From assembly GCF_048593235.1 (NCBI RefSeq), contig NC_133618.1, forward strand, positions 608,362,889 to 608,426,888: a stretch of DNA of 64,000 bases, given 5' to 3'. The notes beneath the pieces were generated by a model. The model worked only from the letters and a program-made list of their open reading frames with translations. It did no database searches and had not been told where the DNA came from. This DNA is from Sminthopsis crassicaudata (taxonomy: Eukaryota). Both the position numbers and the translations under genes were made by a program. Positions within the stretch are counted from its first letter, which is position 1; each line of letters begins with the position of its first letter. Shown piece after piece: positions 26,836 to 40,359 of this stretch.

Positions 26836-27989
26836 CTCTATATAATAAAGATGTTAGATGACAACTGATCAAGGAATGAATTGGCAAGGTATTTTTTTTT
26901 TTTTTTGCATGAAATACAGGGCCTGTGAAAAGGGCCTGGCAGGGTGAGCTTGCATATAAGAACTAAGCTACTGGATGATAGACTGAGGGATATAACAATG
27001 GCAGTCTAAATTAGACAATGGAGGGTTCGTTCCATGTCAGTTTATAAATGGTTATTCTACCATAGTGAATCATCCATGTTTTATAATTTTCATTAACCCT
27101 CCCTAAGTTCTATAATTCATTTTAGATCTTACACAGAATAGTGAAAATGGACAATAGATGGAGGAAACCAAAGGGGAGATATGCAGGTCGAACCCAAAGT
27201 TTGCCAAGAATGAACTTTGTCAGATAGCATGTGGTGTGCTAAGTGTAAGTGAACTTGACCATGGGGAGGAAGAGCTGTCTGCAGTGGCTTATCAGGTTAT
27301 ATAAAAAACAGGAATGATATTGTTCAAGAATCTGGTTCCTGTGTTTCTTCTCAGGGGTAGGTGAAGAAAAGGGAGACAATATACCCAAGAGCTCAAGGAA
27401 TGTCTACAGGAACAAAGTGAATTAGGTTCCTTAGCTACAGGATTGAGAAGTGGAAGATACATTAAAATAATTTTATTATTTTTTAGTCTTGGTTTATAAT
27501 GCATCAGAGCAGTCAATGTGCTGTCCAAAGATAAGGGATTGATTATACTTTTTTCAGAAGCCATCTAGTCCAATGCCTTCTTTATCAAACCCCAGAAAGG
27601 TCAGGCACTTGTCTAAGCTTATATGGATAATAAGAATCGAGGGTGAGATCTGAATACTTTATTTCCACACCTTCTGACTTCAAAGCTAGTGATTCCCCAT
27701 GCCAATAACAATGGTAGAAATAGTAATAACAGTAGCTGAAATTTAGATAACACTTTATGGTGGCCAAAGTGTACTTTACTACATGAATCTCATCAAGGTT
27801 TCAGAACAATTTTGTGAAGTAGATAGGACAGGTATATTTATTTCCATTTTACAGATTAAAAAACTGAGGTTGATCGCTCATGACTTGCCCAAGATCAGAT
27901 GCTAGCAAATATGGGAGGCAAGATTCAAAACCAGATGTGTTCAAGCCTCTAGTCTGGTGCTCTCCACCAGCTACCCTCACCTTTAGAGA

Positions 27990-28245
27990 CAAGTAGATAG
28001 GCTGGGTAGGTCCAGTTCATCCTCCATTCAACCACCCAAAGTGTAGATCTGACCAGGCCAGCCCCTCCTTCATATCTCTAATTTATCCCATATGTACTTT
28101 GTACAGAGTTGTTTGCAAATTGTTCCCTCCCTCTAGACCATGTACTCCTTGAAAGTAGGGATGATTTTTTTTGCTTTTCTTTGTATATTCCCAGTGAAAT
28201 TCTGGGCACATAGTAGGTACTTAATAAATGTTTTGTTCACTGAAC
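27990..28245 (+). mobile_element. L2 3' terminus
   Basis: ctccttgaaagtaggga...tctgggcacatagtaggtacttaataaatg. Confidence 0.7.
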
Positions 28246-29049
28246 TTGACAGTTAAAGGAGGGATTCTATCTCCTCCTGAGCACAGAGATCCATTCCTAT
28301 AAGAAAGTGAAAAAAAGGCTGAGATATCAATGATAATAATTATAAATTGGTCAATTGAATGTGGTTGATAACCCTGGAAGTAGCATTTGTGCTTTATAAT
28401 CAGATATTTGAGTTGTGCTTTCTGTACATGAAAAACTATGTCTTCTTCCTTTCCTAAGTAAATTTACACTGAGTTATTTCTTAAAAAATAAGTTTTGTAA
28501 ATAAAATCGAAAAGGCTTACTTAGAGGTCATTTGGTCTGATTCTTGAATTTTACTTAAAAATGGCCCAGAGAAAGATGGTCACTTGTCCAAGGTCACATG
28601 ACTAGAAATATTAAAAACTAAATTAAGGTTTTAAAAGTGGGACAGAAAATCTTTATGGTAACTTAAATGGAGCTCTGCCCCCATTTTTCTAGCCTGATGG
28701 AAAAAATAATTTAAAGATCACTATTTGCCTCACTGAATTTAGTGGCTACCAGGATAGTTGTAAAGATAACCTATATACTCATCTCAGACTACTGGGATTG
28801 GAAAGAACTTTAGAGATCACTAAGGTTAATTGGATTACTTTGCAGGGGAGGAGAGGAAGGCTGAGAGATGAAAAGTTTTGCTCAGGGTCACCCAAAGAAG
28901 CAAAGAGACACGTCTTCTCCTCTCCAGCCCATGCTCTTTACACTATGCCGTGATTCTTTTCATTAGCATTAGTCCATTTAGGGGACCCTTTGTCCATTCA
29001 AAATAACATTCAAAAAGGACTCTTTAGAGTTCTGAGAATTCTAGGCTAG

Positions 29050-29990
29050 CCCAGCAATCCTGAATTGCTGCTAGGCAATTGCAAGAATGTACATGGTTCT
29101 CAAGGGCCAAGAAAATGACAGAAGCACAGGGATCAATGGCAGGGTTTCCTGGTGTGGTGAGTCTGTTAAACACTGAACAGCTGGCAGAAGCTGATAAGAA
29201 GCTTCCCTCCAGGTGGAAGAGTGCTTAGTATGTATCTTTTGCTGTCCAAGTAAAGCATCCCCTTTGATCATGTACTAAAGGCCCTGAGTGCTTCATTGAG
29301 TCAAATAGAACAGATTTTGAGTCTCAGCTAGAAACAAATTGGCTTAATTGATCAAGGTCTAGCCTAAAGACTTCCTAATTGAGAAAAGGCCTACAGAGAT
29401 AGGGAACTATAGGCTTTGGCCAACCGACAGTAAAATGGTTAGTTCCAGAGGGCAAAATTGAATATCAGGCCAGTACAGAACAGGCACAGAACAGTTAGCA
29501 GGCAGGCAAATTCATTGGATTGCTTGGTTTATTTATTGTTTGTAAACTAGAACTGAGGAAGCTCTTCCATTTTGTGTCAGGACAGTCCCCTATGACTAAA
29601 GTTTTCTTGTGTGATCTGTGAGAGTTGTAAGGATTGGAGGGTGGAAGAGGGAGGACCCTAGTAATACCAGCCCTGATGAAATTAGAGACCATGAGGCTCA
29701 AGAACTGCTCTTCCATGGGTTTGATGTTTTCCATCCTATTTGCTGAGCCCCATCTTGGAATCTCACAGCCATTCATTATCTAGGTCAGGGAGTGGATTGT
29801 GATAGACTACAACTTAATATAAGCACAGTGCAGCTGGCCACTGCTGATAAGGAACTTCCCCTGAGGTGGATGATCTGGGAAACAGACAGAAACTTTCAGA
29901 AAGGAAGCCATCTGGAAGGGAAAGATCTGTCCAAGAAGCAGATGATCCCAAGACTTGTCAGAAAAAACCTCCATTCCTGTGTAGGTTACT
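29050..29990 (-). mobile_element. possible ancient non-LTR retrotransposon remnant (RTE-X/L4-like)
   Basis: Minus-strand translations give decayed knuckle-like stretches (SLCFC...EPCTFLQLP; ENFSHR..CP..KW); weak. Confidence 0.3.
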
Positions 29991-30199
29991 TTTGACCAGA
30001 ATTACTGACCATGTCTTAGTAAACAATGGACCACCATAGGGAGCTGGGCTTATCCTATACCTTTGTGCCACTGTTTAATCTAAGCAATCATTTTCTCATA
30101 CATTCGTGATCTAGAATGCTTTATTATATCAGAATAAGTCTGGGCCCAAGGAAACTTATTCTGATGAAAGAGGGAGCCATTGGAGACTATTAGTGCAAT

Positions 30200-30445
30200 T
30201 TGTTGTTCAATCATTTTTCAATTGTGTCTGTCTGTGACCTCATTTGGGGTTTTCTTATTAAAGATACTGGAGTAGTTTGTCATTTCTTTCTCCAGCTCAT
30301 TTTATAATGAATAACTGAGGCAAACAGGATTAAATGACTTGCCCAGAGTCACACAGTAAGTATCTAAGGCCAGATTTGAATTTAGAAAGATGAATCTTCC
30401 TAACTCCAGGTCTGGCATTCTATCCATGCTGCTACCTAGCTGCCC
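30200..30445 (-). mobile_element. MAR1-like SINE
   Basis: ttgttgttcaatc...catttggggttttc...aagatactggagtag...ctacctagctgccc. Confidence 0.8.
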
Positions 30446-33400
30446 TTCTAATGTAATTAAGAGGGTTTTATGACCCACAATGAGATTATGAATTCAATAC
30501 AGTAATAGATTTAGAAATGATAAATAGAGCAGCAACTCTGAGTTCTATTTCAGATGAGGAATGTGGAAATATAAAAGATAGCTGTTATATTTCCTTAATA
30601 ATAAGATCTTTATTGATAGAATTTGAAATTTGTTTGTTACACTTACTAATATGTTGAATTCAATCTGAGGCTCCAAAATACAAAAAAGAATTTGGAAAAT
30701 ATGAAGAGAAGGAACAAGAAAAACAGATTAAAAGCTTGAAAATAAAATCATTAGCAAGATTAAATAACTTGGAGCCTAGTGAAAAGAAAGTCAAGGGCAC
30801 ACAACTGCTTTTGAATGTACAAATAATTATTTATAAAACATAGCAATCAACTGTAGTTGCAATCCCAGATTATTAGAGCTAGAAAGGACTTTGGAAATCA
30901 ATGCCTTGATGAGTTCCCCCTAAGATAATAGAGCAAAACCTCAAATCTAGGCTCAAATTCTAGCTTTGATGCAACTATGGATATGTCACTTAATCACCCT
31001 GGGCCTCAGTTTCCTAATCTGTAAAATGAAGAGTTTGCATTAGATGCTCTGAGATTTTTGATCTGTAGATATATGTTTCTATGACTAGATTTCAATTAGG
31101 TAGAATCCAAAATTTTCAGTTCTCAATCAGAAATCAGAGAATCAGAATCTCAATGAGAATTTCTTTTCTAGGTTTCTGGCTTTGTTCTAAGAATAAAAAA
31201 CAACACAACAAACTAATTTCAAGGATTTGTTACTCTAATAAAACCATGTCTAGGATAAAGTCTGTGTAGATTCAGTCTAGCCCTTAACTCAATTTTTATC
31301 TAGCTTCTAAAAGTACAGCTAAGGTGAAATCCCATGTGGAATTACTGGAAATAAGGACTATTGTTGCATGTCTTTTTCTGTTGATTTTTAAAACCAAGGT
31401 GATACTTTCTCTCTGGAAGTATCTTATTTAGTCATGTAAAAAATGTGATAATTAATGGTTCCTAGGGCATATAGCAGAGACACTAATTAATAAAAAATTA
31501 TTTTATAATCATCAACAAACTGTTTCTTAGGAACTCTGCATTCTGGCACTCTGAGTTAGTTCTCTCCAAAGGTAGTTAAAAAGCCTTAGAAGTTGTCTAA
31601 CTATAAAAACTAAAATAGGGATAAAAATTTAACCCCCATGATTATTCCCTCCAACTCTGTACTCTAACATGAATTTGTTTTCTATCCAAAAATATCCTCA
31701 CCTTCATCACATATTCTAGTGGTTTTGTGAATTGTAAACCTCATTCAGTATAATTACAATCCATGTGAAACTTTCATTGACTGCCATTTTTTTAGAGGTC
31801 ATGGGCTGAACCACTAAATGAATTAATGGTCTCTTTTAATATCTTTGAGAAGTAGACCAAGATGTATTTTTTTTTTTCAAATCTACTCCTTTAAAGAGAC
31901 AAAGGCATGGAACATGTAACAATAAAATGTTGAATCCCCTAGTAGAAATGGATTCCTCCCTTTGTTCACTTAGTGATCTGAATGTTAACATATATGTCTT
32001 CCTTGGTCAAAGACTCTGTCATCTGCACATATGCTCTTTTTATTAACTGTCTTAGATGGCTAGATCTTCAATGGCAATGAATACTCTGTGTAATTTTCTG
32101 TGTATAGTGTCTAGCATTTTTCACCCCAGACCTACTTTAGATAAATCAATCAGGTAAAGTCATATAGTGTATTATTGGAAGAAATTCCAGTTCAGGCAGC
32201 ACAGCCCCATTTTATCCAGTCTTTCAGGGCCAACCCCATGATTCTTCTATAGGTAAGTATAACTGAGCACACAAAGAGCCAGAGAGAGATTATTGTCTAA
32301 GACTAAGGTTTCTGCTGGCTCTAGGTCCAATTATAAAAACCAGCACCTCTTCTGGAACTGATATTAGAGACTAAAGCTTGCCAACTGAAAATGTCATTTT
32401 CCATTTTCAGGGCACAGAAAGCAAGTTCACTTTCAATTTTATCAGTTTTCACAGCTTAAATTCTACCAGTACCCAACCATTGTAATAATATCTACAAACT
32501 CTTAAAACTAGAGAGAATTCTCCAATGAATTGGAAAAAAACTTCAGAGGAAACTTTACTTTGGGATATAGATTTACCTGAAAAAGAACTATACAGAAACA
32601 TTTTCCTAGGTTACAATCTACTGGAATGCAAAATGACCATTAATCTATTTTATCAAGCAGATAACTGTAACTAGTAATTCTGGGAACCAGGGAAAGCAGT
32701 ATATTTTCTAATCAACTTTTTAAGATGATTTCAATGAGTATGAAGAGAGAAGCTGGGACACAAGAACACACTTTGGGAGAGATTCTCCCTCCCTCCCCCA
32801 AGGCTGCTCTCTAGGAGGCTAGGATGAGAAAAGGGATCCTACACCAGTAAGGGGACAAGGATTGAAAGATACCATGAAGCCATTGTTGTGGAGGTCAAAC
32901 CAGGAGGAGAAAGCAGAGGGGATCTAGGAGGCAGAGAGAAAGCATGACAATTTTAACTAATAATAATTCTTGCTAACTCAGGCCTACGTTAAGTTCAATT
33001 GTTTCTATCTGCTGAAGGTGGATAAATGCTATTAGAATCCTGTAAATGTTGGTGCCTTAAGACAAATCCCAGTATTTCTATATTAGTTATGGCTCTAAAA
33101 AATGAATAAAACTGCATCATATACATTTTCCTATAATAGCAGCAAGCTTTATAAAGACAGAATATTTTACAAGCATTATTTCATATAAAATTAAAGCTGG
33201 AGAGGACACAGCTATCATCTAGCTTATCCCCATTTTATAAGAAAGCAAATACCAGGTAATTTGCCCACATTCACCTATAGAGAGGGAAATATGCATAAGT
33301 AGACATTTCAGCTTATCTAAAAGGATATAAAGCAGAAATATCAAGTCTGTGGTTTTTACAAAGAACTTCAAGTGATTGATGTATAGCAAAACCTTAATCT

Positions 33401-33859
33401 AAACGAGACTCACCAGAACTTTTAATTTATTTTTTTTCAACCCAAAATCAGAATGTAAGAATATAAGCTCTGATCATTCAACAATAAGATCTGTGATATC
33501 AGCAATGTGGAGAACACCTCCAATGATATAGATTAAATCTATCCATGATGGTCTATTTTAAAACATTCTTTTCATTATCTTCCCATAAACCTTTCACAGG
33601 AGCATCTCCTGCACATATGGTGAATTGATGCATCCAGTAATAACTATAAGGTCCTTAATTATGAAGAGAAGGTTAAATGTGTTCTCTTTACTATGTTTAT
33701 TAAGGCAGAAAAGTATATTAATATATTTTAGAATGAGTTTTTAATAATAAAGGCTTGACAAATCAGAAAATTCAATGAAATAGAATACCCTATTCTGTGG
33801 GCTTTCCAATAGTTAAGGTTTAATATTGTATATAGTAACAGTAGTATTGTTTTAAGAAT

Positions 33860-34160
33860 CAATTTGAGCAAATAAATTATTATGACAATTATAAACATGG
33901 AAAATAAACTATAAAGAACATATAAAGATGCTATCTGCATCCAAAGAAAAAACTAATAAATAGAAATATGTATAGAATTAGATAGATGATAGATGATAGA
34001 TAGAAAAAAATAGATACCAAGGGGGAAGGAAAGAAAAAAAAATTTTCATGATAACTTTGTATATTTGAAAGGAATAACAAGTTATACATAGTAAATTTAT
34101 AGTTTTACATGCAATCATCTTTTTATTATACTATGTTATGGAAATACTTGCTTTATTTCA
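33860..34160 (+). mobile_element. L1 3' UTR fragment with (GATA)n
   Basis: atgctatctgcatccaaaga...tttgtatatttgaaaggaataacaag...aaattaaaaataaa. Confidence 0.6.
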
Positions 34161-35299
34161 TAAATTAAAAATAAAAATTTAAAAGCTTTAGTACAAATTA
34201 ATATCTCTGGGACAAGTTTTTGTTTTGTTTTGCTTTAAAAAAAATCAACCTGAAAGGCATTCAATGCTATTCTGAAATAAATTACTTTGTGGGATAGTGC
34301 CTATAATGTGACAAGTATTGACTTTGCTAATGGAAAATAGGGGTTTGCAGGGAGGGTTTAGGTATTATTGGTTCAGGTGTTTTTTAGTGGGCTTCAGAGA
34401 GGGAGCAAAGAACTAGTTCTATCACAAGCTAAAAAGGAATGAGACCCAGGCCAGAATACCATAAATATCCTGGGATGATACTGGATAAATAATTCAAAGC
34501 AACCCTATCTCCCCCAAACTCAGGTTGTTGGCCTTCATGTATGCTTTAAGTCTCCCTTCAGGTTTCAGAAACCATGCAAAACATTTCAGTTAAGGATCTC
34601 TATGTGTCAGCAGCAGGAAATAAAGGTTTACTTTTGGGACTCCCTGCTAATAAAGAGGTAGGGGGTCATCTCTGAGAACCATAGTTATTCAAGCATTCTT
34701 TATTCTTACCAGATGTTTCCAGAGACAGGTCTTGTGCACAATTTTTTAAAAATATGTGCTTATTTTATGGTACAAAATGTCCCTTGCTATAAAAAATACC
34801 ATAGTATAGAATGAAAAGCTCGAAACTCAAACCAAAATTGGCAGGGGAGGAGAAAAGGAAACAGCTTGGAAACACATAATTTAGGGAGGGATGTTTAAAA
34901 AATGATGCTAGGAGTGTCTAATTATCTAGGTACATCAAAATTTCTTTGAGAAATGAAATTTGTTCTCAGCAAATTCTGTCCTGAAGACATATGGTCTTCA
35001 AATGTAAGCAGTCTGTTAAAGGAGAATTCATATATTATACTGACCCAAACGTAAGTAGTACCAAAACCTAAATTATATTCTCACTATTGCCACTAATGAC
35101 CTGTATGACCTTGGGCAAAATATTTTACTTCTCCAGGCCTTAGGGTTACCCCAAAAATGATAGCACCAGATTAGATCATATCAAAGGGTCCTTTTATGCT
35201 CAAAAATTCTATGATTCTGTCATCTTCTCTCTACCTATCCAGCTTATGACCATTCATTCATCTTGGGTTACACATGCTTAGAGTCTCCTTCATTAACAT

Positions 35300-35525
35300 G
35301 TCTTATTCCCAAATCCAAGTTGAGTCATAATGTCTGAAATGTTCATTTCCTCTTTTGTTCTCCTTCTATTCCCATCAAACAACTGGCTTTCTGCATGTTC
35401 AATGGCTCTTAATATTCCACCTCTTCCAGAGAGCTTTCCCAGATTAATGAGAAGGAAAGTAACTGCTTCTTTCAGTACTCTACATGGACATAGGGTTTGT
35501 ATACTTATACTCTTTGTATGCTTGT
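35300..35525 (+). mobile_element. L2 fragment
   Basis: ttctgcatgttcaatggctc...agagctttcccagatt...ttgtatgcttgtctccc. Confidence 0.5.
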
Positions 35526-35958
35526 CTCCCAAATTTATTAACCCTTACAACAATATAGATAATTTTATCCCCAGAGGTTTAGCTACTAAAGTCGTTAGAG
35601 GCTACCTTAGACTCACCTTCTACCTGATATATAAATAGACTTTCTACAACATCCCCAATAAGGGTTTATCCAGCCACTGAATAAATAGCTTAGGAATTAG
35701 GAGGATGATTCAGCAATAGCAATAGGATATGGAGAAGTTTTTACATATTACTATGTCCAATTTGGAAATAATTGAAATTAAAACAAATTTGTCAGGAGTT
35801 CAAACTCTTGATTTTTATTGAACTTGACTCAAGATATCAATGATTTATCAGGAAAAAAGATCCCCAAAGTAGGGCCCTGGCAGTGTGTGTTATCAGTGGC
35901 TAAGACTAAAGAATGGAAATAGTTTTGGCTAAGATTTGCGCATCGGTTTTTTCTGATC

Positions 35959-36244
35959 NNNNNNNNNNNNNNNNNNNNNNNNNNNNNNNNNNNNNNNNNN
36001 NNNNNNNNNNNNNNNNNNNNNNNNNNNNNNNNNNNNNNNNNNNNNNNNNNNNNNNNNNNNNNNNNNNNNNNNNNNNNNNNNNNNNNNNNNNNNNNNNNNN
36101 NNNNNNNNNNNNNNNNNNNNNNNNNNNNNNNNNNNNNNNNNNNNNNNNNNNNNNNNNNNNNNNNNNNNNNNNNNNNNNNNNNNNNNNNNNNNNNNNNNNN
36201 NNNNNNNNNNNNNNNNNNNNNNNNNNNNNNNNNNNNNNNNNNNN
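35959..36244. other. assembly gap (N run)
   Basis: N bases. Confidence 0.99.
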
Positions 36245-36477
36245 GTTGCAACTATTTGTTTAAGATTCATAATCAAATAGATTTCTATAGAATAAAAGAT
36301 CATTTAGTAGGTGGAAGTGGTAATTGCCATCTACAATACCAGTTGCAATTCATCAAGTAGAATAGGAAAGCATGACCAGTGCCAAACTCCTGAGCTCAAA
36401 AAGGTAGAATTAACATTTCCATAGATTCATAAGCTTGTTAGAGTTGAAATGTACCCTATCATGGTCAACCTCATATT

Positions 36478-36640
36478 TGTTTTTTTTTTCACTTAATATA
36501 TTTTATTTTTTTCAATTACATGTAAAGATAGTTTTCGACATTCATTTTTGTAAGATTTTGAGTTTCATTTTTTTTCTCCCTTCTTCCTTCCTTTCTCCCT
36601 TGCCAAGATAGCAAGAAATCTGATACAGATTATACATTCA
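36478..36640 (-). mobile_element. L1 3' terminus (antisense)
   Basis: poly-T, caattacatgtaaagatagttttcgacattcattttt, pyrimidine tract, gcaagaaatctgataca. Confidence 0.7.
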
Positions 36641-37559
36641 ACCTCATGTTAATGAATGAAGAAATTAAGGTTAAATAACTTGTCTAAGATCATAAAGCTG
36701 TTATTATTAGTCTAGCTCCCTTGTGTTATAGCTGATGAAACTTTTTGTGACTTTGAAGTCAAGCAACCTAAGCTCATAGAGTTAGTAAATAATTGTAGAG
36801 GTAGGACTAAGACCAAGATCATCTGATTTCTATTCCAGTAAAACTTCAACTATGCCATATAAGTTGGAAATAACTGTTTGAAGAGAAAGATACTTATTTG
36901 TTCTTGAGAAGTAAAATAGAAAGATAACTGATTAAAGAAAATCAGTCACGAGAATTCAAGGATGAGGGTTCAAATAGAATGGGACAGTATGGAGCTGTAG
37001 AAATAGTACTGGGTTTCAGTGGAATGAGTTGGAACACTGCCTCTGATGTTTTTCTACAGGGAAAGTAATTTTTATCCCTTCTGGCTTCAATTTTCTCATC
37101 TGAAAAATGAAAAGGGCATCTTAAGTTCTATATCCTATAATCCTAAATTATGATAATAGTTACATGTAGTCTGTTTCTTCTACTACATGAAACAAAAGGC
37201 TTTAAAATATTAAACTTATCAAATATCAAACTTAAAAAATGCCAAATTACTTTATCAGGAAGCAGTTACAGAATAAGGTCATAAACTCAAGTTTACATAT
37301 CTAGCCACTGTGAGAAATAACTTGTTAATGAGCTACCAAAAAGCTGAAGAAAAAGGAACTGAGACGAGTTTTTGAAACCAAGTTGGCCTGAATTTCCAGA
37401 ATCACCTACCAGAAGCAGAAAGGATTCAATTCCAACATATAATTTAGAACAAGTTAAAAGTAATATAATGAAAGTCTGCAAATAAAGCCAAAAACAAATC
37501 ATGCTATGGTTGAAAATATTTAAGGATTAATGAGAAAGGTACTAAGTTATACCTATGCA

Positions 37560-37750
37560 TATTTTGTTGTTGTTCAGTTGTTTCAGTCATATTCCCATTT
37601 GAGTTTTCTTGGCAAAGATACTGGCAAAGGAGGAAGCATTTCCTTCTCCAGTTCATTTTACAGATGATGGCTTGTCCAGGGTCACACAGACACTTGAACT
37701 GAGCTTACTGACTCCTGACCCAGTGCTCTATCCATTGTACCACCTGGCTA
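37560..37750 (-). mobile_element. MAR1-like SINE, deleted
   Basis: ttgttgttgttcagttg...ttttcttggcaaagatactgg...agggtcacacag. Confidence 0.7.
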
Positions 37751-39299
37751 TTCACATAACTATCGAAAAAGCTAGCACTTTTTACGAGTTGTCTATTTTA
37801 TTGTTTATGATTAAATTCAACCCTTTAAGTATTTTAATTATTTTAAGAAGAAAAAGCATGTTTATGACTTAAGTATAGAAGTAATTATGATATCACCCGG
37901 TGCCAATATCACTAAATTGCAAATCTGCAAACCCAGTCCTATATGTCCTAGCCAAAGGTGATTCTATATATGCCACCCTTTTGTACAGATTTCTTTGTTA
38001 TTATTGTACTGGACCTGTGACCTCATTGGCATAGGGCACTCCCCATGTAGAAACCCTCAAATACAGACCAGTAATATATAATCTTAAAGAAACAATTTAT
38101 GGAAGGGAGGAAAGGATATAATTTGAAACTGAAAACTTTAAATAAAAATGTTAAAAAATAAATCATTAAATCTTATTTGATCCCCCTCTCCCCCAAAATA
38201 GAATAGCTTTAAATGAGCCATTGAAATGAAATGACAGATTATCTGAAATCAATCCAAGGGACTGCAGACTATTTGAGTCCTACCTATGGTAGAGCCTTCA
38301 GAGCTTTCACTGGTCTGATCAGCCACAGGTGGACACACTGGACTTTGACCTCCCAAGAAAGTAATATTAATTTGGTCTTCTTAGAGAATGAAGGACAACA
38401 AGGAAACAAAAGTTGCCCTTTAGCTAAGACATCATCTAGTCTCTCAACGATTCCATTAGCATTATAAAAGATTGACAAAATATTTTGGATATTCATTCTA
38501 GAAGTAATTGGTTTTTTTTATGTTCCATGTCACATACTGGAGTCATTAGGGAAAGAACAATTCTCTGACTATATGCAGTATCTATAATAGCAAGTAGTCT
38601 GGGAGCTGTTATTGAGTCATGTAGAATCACACCCCCCACAAAAATAAAATATGTCTAGAAATACTACTAGCCAAACTCCTAAAAACTTTAGGGAAAATGG
38701 GCACACCAAGATTTATACAATGAAATATCTTTGAATCATTACGTTTTTAGAAAAGTTTTACCATTCACCATTCATCTTTCTTCAACTCAGAAAAAAAAGA
38801 AAGAAAATCACAGATACAAAGGTCTGATGGAAAAATAGTGCGGAATCTATCTGTGATAGCCAGCATACCTTGGGGAAAATATCTGCAGCAGAGGACTCTG
38901 GAGGCTATAGGAGGATGGGTTTCAGTTGCCTATAAGAGAATAAAAAAAATTATATAAAGAACTCATAATTATCTAGGCTTTGGGAGTTGCCAAATGCTTC
39001 TGGTACATTAATCTCATTCTACTCTCATAAGCACCCTGTAAGTTAGGGAGCCATTTACTACCTATAGTAGGAAAACTCCTATTGTTAGACCATGAAAAGA
39101 AATATAATATGGGTTAAGTGTGGTAGAATTGAAGTCAGCAGACCTGAATTCAAATTCCAGTTCTTGAAGTTACTGTATGATCTTAGGCAAATCATTTAAC
39201 AATATCTGAATCTCAGTTGAAATGGGAATAATTGCAATTTTCATTCTTGTCTCACAGAATTATTGTAAGAGAAGTATGTTGTGAACCTTAAAGGACTGT

Positions 39300-40120
39300 G
39301 GACATTTCCATTGTAATGAAGATTAAAAAATGTTATCCACATCTGGATAAGAAACATTTTTTTGGGACATAGCTGATGTGGGAATTTGTTTAGCTTGACT
39401 ATGAATACTTGTGCAAGGTTTTTGTTTTTTTTCCCCCAGTGAGGGGTAGTAGAAATAAAGAGAAAATAAATGCTTGTTAAATGGAAAAAATAAAATTCAA
39501 TTTTCAAAACAGTACTATGAAAATATGATGATCTAGCAAAGAGATGGAAATATATATACAAAAATATAATGTGTCCCCAAAGTCTCAGAGTAGTTTAGAG
39601 CTAAGAAATCTGCACCAAAACTTTTGTGACCAGCAAATTTATAGCAGCTCTTTTTGTAAATGCAAAAAAATAAAAATAAACTAAAATCTGATACTAAGGA
39701 GGTACTTTCATTTAGAAAATGATTTCCAAAGTATGTTATATCAATACAATGAAATACTGCTTTACTGTCAGAAATGATTAAAGAGACAGTGAAGGAGCAA
39801 CCTGAGATTTGTATGAACTAATGCAAAGTAAAGTGAGTAGAACCAGGAAAACATTTTATATAATAACCACAATACTGTCAGTACCAATGCTTCTGAAAGA
39901 CTTAAGAGAGATGATAGACTCAGGGAACAGAATGAGACAAATGATTTGGACATAGACAATTTATAAATTTGGACATAGACCATTTGTTTTGCTTGACTAT
40001 GTGTATTTATTACAATAATTTTATTTTTATTTTCTTTCTTTCTTTTTATTTAAGTGGGAGAAGCAGAAGGGAGAGAAAGATTTGTTCATCAAAATTTTTT
40101 TAAAGAAATATCTATTATAA
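39300..40120 (+). mobile_element. old L1 3' fragments (3' UTR piece and ORF2 C-terminal/3' UTR piece)
   Basis: ttttgcttgactatg motifs; tttatagcagctctttttgtaaatgcaaaa and gaactaatgcaaagtaaagtgagtagaacc resemble the L1 ORF2 end at 57880-58090. Confidence 0.6.
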
Positions 40121-40359
40121 AGCCAATTTTACAAATGAGCAAACTTAAGATATTCAGTCAGTGATTAGCATAATCAAAACTTGAATTTAAAGCTCTGAGT
40201 TCCAAGTCTCGGGTTTATCTGATAAATCATATAGCTTATGAATCATATATAGCCAAGCTATAGCATAAGTATAATGAAATATAATGAAAAATTCATATAT
40301 ATAGGACATCCTCAAAATCTCAGTACAATTTAAAAGTGAAACTTTGGGGATACCCTCTA

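Noticed and set aside
29135-29170. AGFPGVV resembling Harbinger transposase (AGFPGVIG.ID)
   Set aside because: Only seven residues match, and the catalytic Asp and downstream motifs are absent.
37300-37480. Purine-rich stretch with coding-like partial frames
   Set aside because: All plus-strand frames contain stops and no family motif was recognised.
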